Under the pieces are notes generated by a model. The model was given only the letters and a program-made list of their open reading frames with translations, had not been told where the DNA came from and did not search any database. A program made the position numbers and the translations under genes. Shown one piece after another: positions 13,430-31,578 of a stretch of 64,000 nt of DNA. Position 1 is the first letter of the stretch; each line of letters opens with the position of its first letter. The DNA comes from Balanoglossus misakiensis (Eukaryota > Animalia > Hemichordata): the NCBI GenBank assembly GCA_040954595.2, contig CM082592.2, positions 4,108,735 through 4,172,734 on the forward strand. Direction: 5' to 3'.

Positions 13430-16400
13430 CCGTCTATTCCTCAAAGTACACGCCGCAATTTAACATGTACATACACGTTTCATCTGTTTATACCCATGAT
13501 ACCACATGGTGTATGTATACAAACTATTTAAATTTGTACATGAATTAACCACCGTGTTGTTTTCCACTCGTCACTGTTTGCCGGTGGCATTAAAGTCTCA
13601 GGAAGCGGACCAAATGGATTCAAATGGCATTCAAAATACAGTTGCCATCAGTTCGGGTTAAACCTGAAGCCTTGGTTACAGTAGAATGCTTGTCATTTTG
13701 TCTTTTCCATAGCCCACACACAAAGTGTACAAGACACGGCATATGTAATTTGTTATAAGCAGAAAGAGATAAATAAATGCAGCTATAAAATCAACGGTGT
13801 CCAATGGTCATACTCTCCGATCTCAGCCAGGATTACACTTTTTGGATGCAACATGACATTCAGCTCCTGCAAGAGGGAAGTCGAGTTACTTGCTAACTGC
13901 AACATACAGCCGTGACATCAACTTAACAGATATATCGAGCACTTCAGTTTGTAAATGTTCATTTAATAGCGTTTATGCATGAAGCGTGTTAAACGATGCA
14001 AATCAACCCGCAGTATAAAATTAAAGCGGTGCAATCCCCTTGAATAATTCATAAAGTCTTTTCTCTGTTTTCCTGTTCATATCATCATCACTCGTCCTGG
14101 ACGAGCTTCCAATGGTGAACGTGCATCATTACTTTTCATCCAACAATACATGTATGTGTACGTGTCTTTTGCAGAAGTGAACATACATTACTAGGTTTGA
14201 TCACTGTCTATAACCTGCAAGGAAATCAACAGCACGAAACATGACAAATGATGTTGATTAAAAGGCTCACTGAACGAAATACTTTTAAAAGGCCATATGG
14301 GCATGTGCCAGTGCTTTAAAATCGCGATTTGAAAACTTAGCGATTTTCGTTGTTGTCTTATGAAACAAATTCAGCGCTTATTTTTCAGCCTTACGTCATA
14401 TGGTGGGGACTCTTTTTGACGAAAGGCCTGTGTGTGAACATATAAACATGTAAATCTTATCCGCAAGGGTTTACCGCCACAAATCACGATCAGCGTAGAC
14501 GACTGATGATAAAAGCGAGTTACTTTATTAGTTGTATTTCTACATACGAGTGATGTTTCCCTACATTTTCATGAACAGTTTCATGGATGCTGCAGGCAGC
14601 AAACACATCCGGAAATAGAATATGCTTGCCTGCGTTGCCATGGTTACATCATAAAAGTTGCCTTCAGCGAGCATTACTATCGAACGCAGAGATCTGCACG
14701 GTTTGAAAATGTCACCATGCAGTCGGTTATATTTTGTGCTTTGGTGGCGGTGGTTTGTTTTGACAAACAGTTTAATCAAATAATACAAGGTAGTAACTAA
14801 TCCCTTCCGGTGAATACTTTTAAGATACACGTTACAGAAACTTTTGACTGCTAATTGAGGATGAGCTACAAAATTAACCCAATTTAGCAAAGTGAGCGTG
14901 ATCTGTAGGAAATATCGGCGAACCACGCCATTTTGCACTTTAATGTTAGGAATGTGATACGGCCATATGGCAATTTCTTTTCACGTTTCCTTCCTCCGTT
15001 CAATTTGTGACGTCACCTGCAGCTCGAGGAAGTCGTTAACTGACTGTAAAAGTACCACATTAAAACCCCATGCATGGTGTACACGCAGTAACAGTTATGA
15101 TTGTGTAGAAGGTTAAAACAATTCTGGCGACATACGTGTCTCATCTTACATTTTCTTCTAATTACAAGGAGAACTTCAAAAACAATATTCATTGTGACGG
15201 ACAGTCGCGGTTGATAGAAGATCGGGAACACAACGAAGGACAAGAACGCCATGCAGTGGAGGCGCATGACCTGAACGCACCTCAATAAATAACTCTATAC
15301 ATCAGAAAATATTAATCTTCAACAGAAAATTAATAACATGACATTCTGATATCTCTTCGTGTGAGGAACATTCGTACACATTCATTCTCATACTATCGAG
15401 GATTCATACGAACGAGACAATAGAACGCTGCAGTTGTTAAAGGGTATACGACAATTTAGGTTGGTTTGTGTGAAGAAGATAATTAAGTACTTCTACGTCA
15501 AGATATGACAGGAGAATTTTTCATCAGTTGCTCAACAACCTCTACTCCCGAAGGATTACAAGTGCCGATGAAAAGACGAATTAATGTGCGGGGCTTAAGA
15601 CTCATTAATTACTTTTTTTAAAGTACACTCTTCTTTGTTGTATCGTTGCTAAAGCCTTTAGACGTCGAATATCATCAGACGTTGGGCGGGATATATATGG
15701 CTTATGAATAATTACAATGTCCCGTCGAAACATGCTAGCCGTTATAAGCCCCCCCCCCCTCAGACTCGGGGTATCCAACGGAAGCAATGATATGAGAATA
15801 TGAAGAGGGATCGTTGTCACATCTTGTTAACGCTATCATTTATCTCGTCCTGCCAATAGGATCTAAACCGCTGAACGTGGACAACTCTCGTACCATAACA
15901 TGAGTAATCATCGGTACTATCAATGCCCCTCGATGGCGGTTCATTCGGACGCGACGCGATTCACACCTGGTACCCCTTCTGACAAAATCTAACGGTCTAT
16001 CTCTGTCACGAAAACGTCGACCGGTGTTGCCGTGGCAACTGCCAGGCAGTAATTGGCAAACGCTGTGTTGGATTTGCGCAATAAAGGGTCGGTCTAATAC
16101 CGCTGCGCCGACTTTAATTACTCTGTCGTGGCATTTTGGTGTCGGACCGAACACAGGTAGGCAAACATCTTTTTTGTTTAAATGCACATGACTGTTTGGG
16201 AGTCCCATTATTTCCCCCGTGAAGACCTAGACAATGAGCAGTTTTAGCGAAGTGTTATTTAAGTTGAAAAACAACGGTTTCCTACTGTCAACATTATGTG
16301 GATTATGTATGATCGAATTGTACTCGCGTAGCCTTGGTAACCTGTTAAAAACACATACATCATTCTTGCTTTGTTCATATGTGCAGATAGATTCGTCACA

Positions 16401-17699
16401 ACTTCTGTGTATGCATTGTTTTTTTTAAAGATATACGTTTAGATTTCCTTGTCACTAAGGGAAAAAAGTCAACGTTTGTAGAACCTTTCGATGGATACAT
16501 GACAGGATAGAAGACACTGTGAAGCTTTTCCTCACGTATCGTCCTAAACTGAGTTCTCTATCTCTTGTTTTACGATCTCGATTATTCCATTGCGTCAACA
16601 AAGACCTCGTTGACTAGCTTCGGGTCTTTTACTAAAGTTTGCAAAAATGCATAACCTTAAGGTATAGGAGACTAACCAGATGCAACGCATGGTTGTCATA
16701 TTCGATATCCTTACACGTGTTGCAATATTGTCGTTTTCTTGAAATTTTCACAAAAGGCACCAAAATACGAGCTTTTTATTAGTAAATGATACAAAGAAAA
16801 CACTCGTTTCACCACGGGAAATCTATAGCATGAGGAGTGCTAGCAAAGGGCTGACTCAGTATTTTCCACTCAGTGATCATTTTCTAGTTCAAATGTCAGC
16901 CAATTTATGATTTTTTTTCTTTCTTGCCAAATTAGAAGAAAATATTAGACTTTTAAGCTTTGTACAGCCTGTAAATCAACGCTTGTGTCACGATTTCTCC
17001 TAGCCTAAACGACTAAAGCCTTCTGTCTGAGAACGCGAGTCATGATTATCAGATATCAAACCAACCCCTTCATATCCAAAGAAAAGAAAACAAAGCAAAA
17101 CAAAAGAAAACAAAACAGTATGCATTGAAGACCGTGGTATACTAGAATGAAGAGGTATTTCGAAAAGAATGAGCAAACCATGCCCCATGGTGAAGTTTCG
17201 GCGATATAACGATCTGTAAATTAAAGCTCTCTAAACTGCGCAGTCATTTTTCTGCCGTCAACCCTCCACTTGTCATTTGAGACCCAGAACCTACGCATGG
17301 CGAGTCTGTCACTTTATCGACCACAGAGATACATGTATATATTGAAGACACAAAATACAGTTTTAATCAAAATGATGCAATCTAAACCTAGCCTACCATG
17401 GGCGGGTACATTGATGTATACACGGTCCGTAAATCATGGAGTCTTTCTCCGTAACTGCGCGTGTCCCCTGGGCATATTCCTGTTGTAAAAAAGACTCTCA
17501 TTTTATTCACCACATAAATTGTTATGGGTGATCATGTTACTCTCTCGCTGCATTCGGCAACCAGTCACAAAATACGGGTAGGTGTCATATATCGTGTAGA
17601 TTTCCACTCTTAAACCATGTACATAGTCACGTCATTTGTGTCATGCTTACCCGGGCTGGTTGATTACGTCATAAATTACGGCAATTGTCACTTGGAAGC

Positions 17700-17887
17700 A
17701 ACCTCATTACACTTCCAATTTTCATATGTCCATAAAGGGCAAAAATGGCATATCCGAGTGTTCTAAAGAACATATGGTGGCGCTCTTTTTTTCGCGTGTG
17801 CCACCCGCTGAAAATATGTGATTGGCCAGACCTTAATTTGCCATGGTAACTGTAGTTAAATTTGCATAGGTGACTGTATACCTTTAA
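17700..17887 (-). mobile_element. End of a TTAA-flanked MITE family (copies at 43928 and ~63353)
   Basis: Reverse complement reads TTAAAGGTATACAGTCACCTATGCAAATTTAACTACAGTTACCATGG, matching 43928.. and TGAAGGTATACGGTCACCTG...TTACCATGG at ~63353. Left boundary approximate. Confidence 0.65.
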
Positions 17888-20655
17888 TCTATACCTAATA
17901 CTTATCGTCAGTTTAAACTGCAAACAAACTCACTGCAGTATTTATTGTGTGTCCAAAAACCAGAACTAATCTTCTACAATGGAGAATATCACTTTTCTGT
18001 TCAAATGTTCTCGTAATGGCTGCTGCAGGTATATATTATGATGCGATTAATGATGCAATTATATACAATCCCAAATCGTGTCGGTAACGCTTTTTGAAAG
18101 ATCGCTAATGGAAGTATTACATCATTCATAATACGCCTCGTATGCCATATTGCGGACGCATGGGAAATTGTTTTGAAGAAAAAAACTATTCCGAGGGCAA
18201 GATCCCATCAATACTCTCCACACAAAATTTCTCTCAAAATCTATAGTTCGATATTAGTTCATAAATATCGCACTTACACAAGATCAAAAACATTTCGCTT
18301 TTAGATACTGGCGATTATACCCCTTCAAAACGAGTCGTCACTGAATATTTAAAAACGTTGCGTGTAATTCCAAAAACTAATTTCCAGATTCCTCGTGCCT
18401 GTGGGTCCAGGTTGGTTACCATGGCCACCAAACAATCCGGAAACCTTGTGCGGAATAATTGAAGAGACATCTCCCGTTAAAATATATTTAGACGCCAAAT
18501 TTTTAGCTCGAATTTCATTGTATAGAATTACATTTTTTCAGTAATATGACTAAACTTCTTCAAAATCTGTGGGTTTTTGGCATCCTAGTTACGATTTCGA
18601 TTCTTTTTTTTATCTGCTGAAGATCAAGTTTTTATTTTCAATACGACCAATGCACAACGTTTAGGAACAGCTGATCTTGTTGTGGCAATCAAAATCATGT
18701 GTGCTCTCTATACCCAACGGTATTTTACACGGCAACAAATCACGATCATATCTCAAGTAACGTTTGTCACCATTTTGATGGATTTTCATATTTCTGGTGA
18801 CATGTGACCATAAGTGAGTGTTTATGAGGTAAACATCTTGCTATTTAATAAAAAGGTTATTTAATCACACAGCTAGCGTCAGAAATCTTAATACATTACT
18901 GCTACAGGGGACATTCTTGTTCAGTTGGTGGGGTATACACAAACAGGAAGCAGACGATACATTTTGTCTCTGGCAGTTTGTGTATGTTTACTTGAACGCA
19001 ATGGCTCTGTGTGACTCCTGGAAGCAAAGGTCACGTACATAAAATTGAGATATCAAAACAGTCAATTTTGAACTCACACCACTGTCTAATGTCATTATTT
19101 GCAGAATTGCTATCTTGTCATGCGCACACTTATGCCATTTGTAGTTATATATCACTGGGCAAACACTGCGTGTATTTTCAGTGACGACTCATTTGGCAGG
19201 CGCCACAATTCGGACTGTAGGCCTAACACCCAAAAAAAGTAAGAAGGATATCCCTCGCGTCATCAAACCATTCTTGTCAACATTATCAATATATCTGATA
19301 CAAACGCAGTATAAATTATCAATACATGCAATTCAGAAATGTCAATTTTTTAATAATGTTAACAAGTTTGACATTTGCTCGAAATTTAGAAAGTAAATGC
19401 CAAACCAGTAGTTGACTATTTCCTCGATCGAGATAACAACGACGCTGGCCGCCATTTTGAACGCCCAAAAACTGACAACACCTACAGATGACTGGCATGC
19501 TGTTATTAGAATTAGCAACCTGTTATTTTCTTTTCTTTTATTAACCATCGTTTGAAAGTTTGGAATATGATGAAACGGACATTTATTTCTTATCAAATTC
19601 AAATACTTATCAATCTCAAACATAGTTTTGCGTCAAATAACACAAGACGCACAGTCGCCGTATTATCATAAACACCGATTGCCTGTGTACAAATCATGTG
19701 AACTATTTTTTTCCTTCTGATTTGTATGGCTATTACTAGAAATCTACCGTCGACAATATATTATGACATAATTTTACTGGAGAAATTCAAAGGAAAGACG
19801 TTCGGATATTTATTCCATGGTCAGACGGTTTTTTGAGAATTTGCACGTCAGCTAGCAAACAAGGAAAATTCCTATCGGCGTGTACGATGTGTACAAGCTC
19901 GATAAAGAATGTGCCATGCACTAGTTTATGATCCATTTATAAAGTGACAGACAATAAATTGTAATATCTCCATAATAGCACGAGTCGCCACGTTACGGTT
20001 TTTGCCATAACAACAGTGGCCGTGGTATTATGTGGTTTAAACATATCTCACGTCTGGTAAAGACGATTTGATAATTAATTTCATTGAATAAGATGTAAAT
20101 CTTGAAGTTTTTACGGAACTGTATTATTCCATATATCGGCCATCGCCTTTTCAAGAAAATTTTAAAACGGTGAACCTTATGAAGAATGTTGATCAGATTA
20201 TCATGTCGCGTGTGCTACTGTTTGAGCATAAAATTACAAGCAGCTCAGTCAGGTTATCATTAAAGTATGATATAATCATTAAACATGAAAACGCAAGCAA
20301 AAATTGCTATTTCGGGTGATTAGTCACAATTCAATAATGCAGTTGAGGTACACAAAATGCAAATATTTAATCTTATATATTTTCTATTTTCCAGCAAATG
20401 CGCCCATTTGTTAATTACGAGTCTATTCACAACTTGCAGCCATGTGTTGTCTGCCTCGATGTGTTAGTCACGTTATGCATGCTGTGAACGGTAATACATT
20501 GACAGTAAATTGTCTATACGTACAACAGGGGCCTGAAATTGCTCCTGCCAACTGACTCAATAACATACAAGACAATTGGGTCTAACACGTCGGGTTCTGA
20601 AGCTTTCAGGTTACACACCTCAAACAACATTCTATCTAGCAGATTTGGAGGAACC

Positions 20656-25118
<4,463 letters not shown>

Positions 25119-25870
25119 ATATGTAAAGAGACATGTGTTAATGTACGGGAAAAAGTGACATTAAGAACAGAGTACATTATAAACGTATACTTTATTTTAA
25201 CAAATGTTGTTTCAGAAAAAATATTTACGTCTGTTTATTGCAATTGCCATATCTAACAACTTCAAGTTAATAGTACGGGACGAATCAACTTGTTCCTAAA
25301 AAATAGGAACCAGTTTGTGTTCAGAATATTATTACATTCAAAAATACACTATTATAATTAAATAAGTTTCATCACTTCAATCATTTATCCACAACCAACG
25401 ACAATGTCTACCCGCCTTACGACAACTGACGTTTTTGAAAAAAAGGTAAATATTTATACGCACTGGGTCGAAAACGGAACTTGATTTCTTTTCACGTTCA
25501 ATCTGGCGTACTTCAATTTTTCTGGTATAATTGAGAAGTCATTCTTCATGAATATCTTCCCCTCCTCCTATTTTATATTAAACACTTTGAAAGTTAAATT
25601 GACACATATGTGATAACACCTTGGAATCATGTGCATTGTTATTTTCTGATCCGGGAGCATAAGTGCTCCAATTCTTGTGTACGTTCAACAAATATACGAA
25701 CATGTCATTTATATGTTCAAAATATATAGCGTGGTGTGAAGAAGGTGTCATTGTAACTAACATTTGCCACATGGTGAAAGATCACCCGCAAAGCTAGCCA
25801 CACCATACTTTGTCAAATTCTTTCATTGACACCAGAGGGCGCTTTGGACGAATGTGGGCATCTTCGACAG

Positions 25871-25953
25871 ATGAGGGCAGCACGATTGGTGTAAGTTCTC
25901 TGTTCCATACTGGTGTGGCCACACTTATCGTCGTTTTTTTTTTTTTTTCGTAA
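25871..25953 (+). other. Orphan copy of a terminal GPI-tail exon (alternative last exon or pseudo-exon), copy 1
   Basis: GACAG|AT; phase-1 read DEGSTIGVSSLFHTGVATLIVVFFFFS*; similar to the gene A tail DAGNTIGE...; weak pyrimidine tract. Confidence 0.5.
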
Positions 25954-27892
25954 TGTAAATAAGAGAACGGGATAATTCATATCTGAGAAATAGCAACATC
26001 CCTTTGCAGGAGAGAGGAGAGGAGGGTCTGGGAAGTAGTTTTAATTACCTATAGTCTGAAAATGAAAGAGCAATATTGTCTTCTATGAGAATATGGACAG
26101 TAGACTGACCAGAGTGTAGTACTATTTTACCCATAAAATAATGTTTCCGATTCAGAATTATAAAACCGGCTCTGTCTTTCGTGACTTGAATACAATATTC
26201 AGTTTCGGTCAATATATGGCAGCACGAGTTTTAGTTTTAGTTTCACTCGACATTGTGAGTAGATATTCGATTAAACCATAGGTAATCATACGACAAACTA
26301 AAGCGCTTAGTGGATATTTTCTTTCGGTTCGTTTAATATGTTTTCTCGCGAGTGGGCGCGCTCTCCAACATAATCATACTCATACCAGTTTTTCTGTGCT
26401 GACGTCATTGCTAGGTTAATCGGTATTGCGGATCGCGGTTTCGAGGCGAGAAATACGACTATTTATTACCTCAGTTTTCATGGCAGAGAAAACCATGTAT
26501 CTTGAGAGGCTGCGTGTTGCAATTCAAAACCAGTGTTAAACGTACATTGGGGTCATTGTAGATGGTCATGGCATTGTGTTCGACGCAATATTACCAGAAG
26601 CTCTAAGTGGTTTGATGTATGTATTCACTCTAAATACAGTGTCAATTTACCATGCTGTTGAATCGACATAATACATTTCTACGTGGAGGCACGCGTATAC
26701 AGCTGTGCCTTACTGCTTCCCAAGTAAACAGTAGCACATCACAACCACACACACATTCAGTAATAGTCTTGCTCCACTGAAGACTGTGATACTGAAATGC
26801 GCGTTCGCGTTGCGTATAGAACGCCCAGTGGAGGCGACGATAATCACACACTCAGTTGTTTTTGCCTGGCGGCGCGTCGTACGCAGTATGATGAAAGTTC
26901 CATTCTTATCGACAGGCACAGCGACTGCCATAGAGTCCAATTCAGTAACAGAGTACAGTGTCAACATTTAAAAAACAAGCTGAAAAACTTAGGACCATCT
27001 AACATGTATTACGAACTGAATAAGAGATTTTGTGGTCCTCGTAGAGAAGAGTAGAGTCTAATATGTTTTTCAATTCGTCCAAATAGAGTAGTTTACAGAC
27101 AGTTACAACGAAATGTCACCATAAAACAAACGCGTCGTGTCATGGCAACCAACCGCAATATCAAAAGTGAGTTCGTGTATAAGGTAGTTTGCTCGCAGGC
27201 TTTGATTACCAGCAACGATTAGATTAGCGTGTGAAATTCACCACGTGGTATTAATAGCTTGGTCTCCTTTCAACATCAATGCCAGTACAGTCGTGTTACG
27301 GGTGGCAATATTTCTTTCTGTTAAGAATGACGAAGTGGTAGCTAGGTTTATTAAATCACAGCTATTTTGTACTGTCTTTTGAAAGCGTTCGTTCAAAAAT
27401 ATACTTGAACAGAAACGAAAGTGAAATTAAAATCTAGATGGAAAATAATGAATGACCTAAAGTTTTAAAAAAATGCTAAGAACATCACAATACAAGATAA
27501 AAACTGATTGGCGCTTACTTGGTTGCCGTAATATAGCCTAGACAGAAAATGACAAGCCTATGTTACTATGGCCATTAATTAGTGAGGCTGTGGGATTCTC
27601 GCCATTAAACCTTCAAGTGCGCGTTTGAGTCCAATCGTAAAGGTAAATTTTCATCTAAATTGACAACCTTGGATGAGAAAGCACGCATGACAGAAACGAA
27701 ATCACGACCGCTGTCTGTGGCAACATAATTCCACTGTGAGTGAATTAGTTCAGATCGCCCTGTGGGAGGAAACGAGGAGAGATATACGCGTTCATACACG
27801 GTGGAGCTTCTATACCAGATTAGGCATAGCTTCACGCACAATATGCACCAGCGTGTTACCAGTATTTTCAAGCACATCATGATGTATGTTAC

Positions 27893-28530
27893 TGTTACGG
27901 CACGCTGGCCGTTCAGTTCCGAAACAGGGCAGTGAGCAAAAATAGACTTACTGAATGGCTCGCTTTGGTGAACCAACCAGCGCAGCACGCAACAAAGACG
28001 GTCAACTATAGGCACACCACACGTTATTTCCTTGCTTATGGAAACTTTTTAATTACTACAACTAAACATTGGTAAATATAAAAAGATTGTACACTGGGAA
28101 GAAAACACATAAAAATAAATGACTACCTTAAATGTGACCAGGTGTGGGAAATGAAAGACTAAAGTCCAAGGTTCTGTAGCGCACGACGAACGCGACCAGC
28201 ACCACGGCAGTCCCAACAGCGACGTTCAGTCCCAACAACGACGTTCAGTCCGAGTAGCGTTCTGGCACAATTCCCCGGTAGACGGCATCTGGGCGCGGTT
28301 TCCAGACCAGGGCAGCATGAAATACAGCACAGCTTCCAAGCCGGCGAGGAACAGAACAGCTCACACGGGCAAGTCCAAATTAGTATATATACGCCGCAAC
28401 ACAACGTGCGGGCTTTTTATATGGGGAAAATAATGAATGCACCACACCTGGTCACGCAAATATTCAAATTACGAAAGTAAGCGAAAACACACCTGGTCAC
28501 AAAACAACAGCAAACTTCTCCTACGTAACA
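27893..28530 (-). mobile_element. Solo LTR (copy in duplication unit 1)
   Basis: TGTTACG...CGTAACA inverted termini; left flank GTTAC but right flank GATTT; has an internal deletion relative to the 30906 copy. Confidence 0.85.
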
Positions 28531-28869
28531 GATTTCATTGCATTTATTTCCAGGTCTGTATTTGTGCTTATGCGTATCGTGGCTCTCTGTAACAACAATC
28601 TGTGTAACCATTTAGTGCCAAATATGTGATAACACCTTGGAATCATGTGTACTGTTATTTTCTGATCCGGGAGCTTAAGTGCTCCAATATTCTTGTGTGT
28701 GTTCAACAAATATACGAACATTTCATTTACATGTTCAAAATATGGCGACAGATCACACGCAAAGCTAGCCACCCCATACTTTGTCAAATTCCTTCATTGA
28801 CACCAGAGGGCGCTTTGGACGAATGCGGGAATTTTGCGCCCCATCCTCTTCTGACGATGTTTCCGACAG

Positions 28870-28952
28870 ATGCGAGCAGCACGATTGGTGAAAGTTCTCT
28901 GTTCCATACTGGTGTGGCCACACTTATCGCCTTTTTTGTTTTCGCAATGTAA
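28870..28952 (+). other. Orphan copy of a terminal GPI-tail exon, copy 2
   Basis: CTCTTCTGACGATGTTTCCGACAG|AT (branch-point-like CTGAC); DASSTIGESSLFHTGVATLIAFFVFAM*; 83 nt, same length as the gene A terminal coding exon. Confidence 0.6.
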
Positions 28953-30905
28953 ATAAGAGAACGGGATAATTCATATCTGAGAAATAGCAACATCCCTTTA
29001 CAGGAGAGAGGAGAAGAGGGGCTGAGAAGTAGTTTTAATTACCTATAGTCTGCAAATGAAAGAGCAATATTGTCTTTTATGAGCATATGGACAGTAGACT
29101 GATCAGAGCGTAGTACTATTTTACCCATAAAATGTTGTTTCAGGTTCAGAATTGTAGAACCAGCTCTGTCTTTCGTGACTTGAATACAATATTCAGTTTC
29201 GGCCAACATATGACAGCACGAGTTTTATTTTAAGTTTCACTCGACATTGTGAGTAGATATTCAATTAAACCATAGGTAATCATACGACAAACTAAAGTGC
29301 TTGGTGGATATTTTCTTTCGGTCCGTTTAATATGTTTTCTCGCGTGTGGGGGCGCGCTCTGCAACATAAACCTACTCAGTTGTGGACCAGTTTTTGTGTG
29401 CTGACGTCATTGCTAGGTTAATCGGTATTGCGGATCGCGGGTTCGAGGCGAGAAACACGACTATTTACTACCTCAGTTTTCATGGCAGAGAAAACCATGT
29501 ATCTTCAGAGCCTGCGTGTTGCAATTCGAAACCAGTGTTAAACGTACATTGTAGATGGTCATGGCATTGTGTTCGTCACAATATTACCAGAAGCTCTAAG
29601 TGGTTTGATGTATGTACTCACTCTAATACAGTGTCAATTTACCATGCTGTTGAATCGACATAATACATTTCTACGTGTAGGCACGCGTATACAGCTGTGC
29701 CTTACTGCCTCCCAAGTAAACAGTGGCACATCACAACCACACACAGATTCAGTAATAGTCTTGCTCCACTGAAGACTGTGATACTGAAATGCGCGTCCGC
29801 GTTGCGTATACAACGTCCAATGGACGCGACGCTAATCACACTGCAGTCGCTCTGCCTGGCGGGGGCGTCGTGCGCAGTATGATGAAAGTTCCATTCTTAT
29901 CGACAGGCACAGCGACTGCCATATAAAGTATAATTCAGTAACAGAGTACAGTGTCAACATTAAAAAAATAAGCTGATAAACATTGGACCATCTAGCATGT
30001 ATTACGAACTGAATAGGAGATTTTTGTGGTCGTCGATAGGGTAGGGCCTAATATGTTTTTCAATTCGTTCAAATCGAGCAGTTTAAAGGCAGTTACAACG
30101 AAATGTCACCATAAAACAAACGCGTCGTGTCATGGCAACCAACCGCAATATCAAAACTGAGTACGTGTATAAGGGTTTGCTCGCAGGCTTTGATTACCAG
30201 CAACGATTAGATTAGCGTGTGAAATTCACCACGTGGTATTAATAGCTTGGTCTCCTTTCAACATCAATGCCAGTACAGTCGTGTTACGGGTAGCAATATT
30301 TATTTCTGTTAAGAATGACGAAGTGGTAGCTAGGTTTATTAAATCACAGCTATTCTATGCTGTCTTTTGAAAGCGTTCGTTCAAAAATATACTTTAACAG
30401 AAACGAAAGTGAAATTAAAATCTAGATGGGAAAATAATGAATGACCTAAAGTTTAAAAAAAGAAAGGTACGAACATCACAAAAACAAGATAGAAACTGAT
30501 TGGCACCTTCTTGGTTGCCGTAATATAGCCTAGTCAGAATATGACAAGCCTATATTCAGACAACATTAACATAAACTACTATGGCCATTAATTAGTGAGG
30601 CTGTTGGATTCGCTCCATTACACCTTCAAGTGCCCGTTTAAGACCAATCGTAAAGGTAAATTTTCATCTAAATTGACAACCTTGGATGAGAAAGCACGCA
30701 TGACAGAAACGAAATCACGACCGCTGTCTGTGGCAACATAATTCCAATGTGAGTGAATTAGTTCAGATCGCCCTGTGGGAGGAAACGAGGAGAGATATAC
30801 GCGTTCATACACGGTGGAGCTTCTATACCAGATTAGGCATAGCTTCACGCACAATATGAACCAGCGTGTTACCAGTATTTTCAAGCACATCATGATGTAT
30901 GTTAC

Positions 30906-31578
30906 TGTTACGGCACGCTGGTTCAGTTCCGAAACAGGGCAGTGAGCAAATAGACTTACTGAATGGCTCGCTTTGGTGAACCAACCAGCGCAGCACGCAA
31001 CAAAGACGGTCAACAATAGGCACACCACACGTTATTTCCTTGCTTATGGAAACTTTTAATTACTACAACTAAATATTGGTAAATATAAAAAGATTGTACA
31101 CTGGGAAGAAAACATACAAAAATAAATGACTACCTTAAATGTGACCAGGTGTGGGAAATGAAAGACTAAAGTCCAAGGTTCTGTAGCGCACGACGAACGC
31201 GACCAGCACCACGGCAGTCCCAACAGCGACGTTCAGTCCCAACAACGACGTTCAGTCCGAGTAGCGTTCTGGCACAATTCCCCGGTAGACGGCACAGCTT
31301 TCAGACGAATTCCCCAAGAGGTAGCACGACTTCTGGGCGCGGTTTCCAGACCAGTGTATCAGGAAATAAGGCACAGCTCCCAAGCCGGCGAGGAACAGAA
31401 CAGCTCACACGGGCAAGTCCAAATTAGTAGCTACATGTACGCCGCATCACAACGTGCGGGCTTTTTATATGGGGAAAATAATGAATGCACCACACCTGGT
31501 CACGCAAATATTCAAATTACGAAAGTAAGCGAAAACACACCTGGTCACAAAACAATAGAAAACTTCTCCTACGTAACA
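30906..31578 (-). mobile_element. Solo LTR with intact 5-bp TSD
   Basis: TGTTACG...CGTAACA flanked by GTTAC at 30901-30905 and 31579-31583; TATAAAAAG on the minus strand gives the orientation. Confidence 0.9.

Larger units (their letters stand above)
25606..31578 (+). repeat. Tandem segmental duplication, ~3.0-kb unit x2 (~25606..28530 and ~28622..31578)
   Basis: Both copies start ATATGTGATAACACCTTGGAATCATGTG and are collinear to the LTR end CTACGTAACA, with scattered substitutions and indels. Confidence 0.95.

Noticed and set aside
27605-31028. Pair of similar 136-aa minus-strand ORFs
   Set aside because: Similarity comes from the recent tandem duplication; they straddle an LTR edge and have no coding signature.
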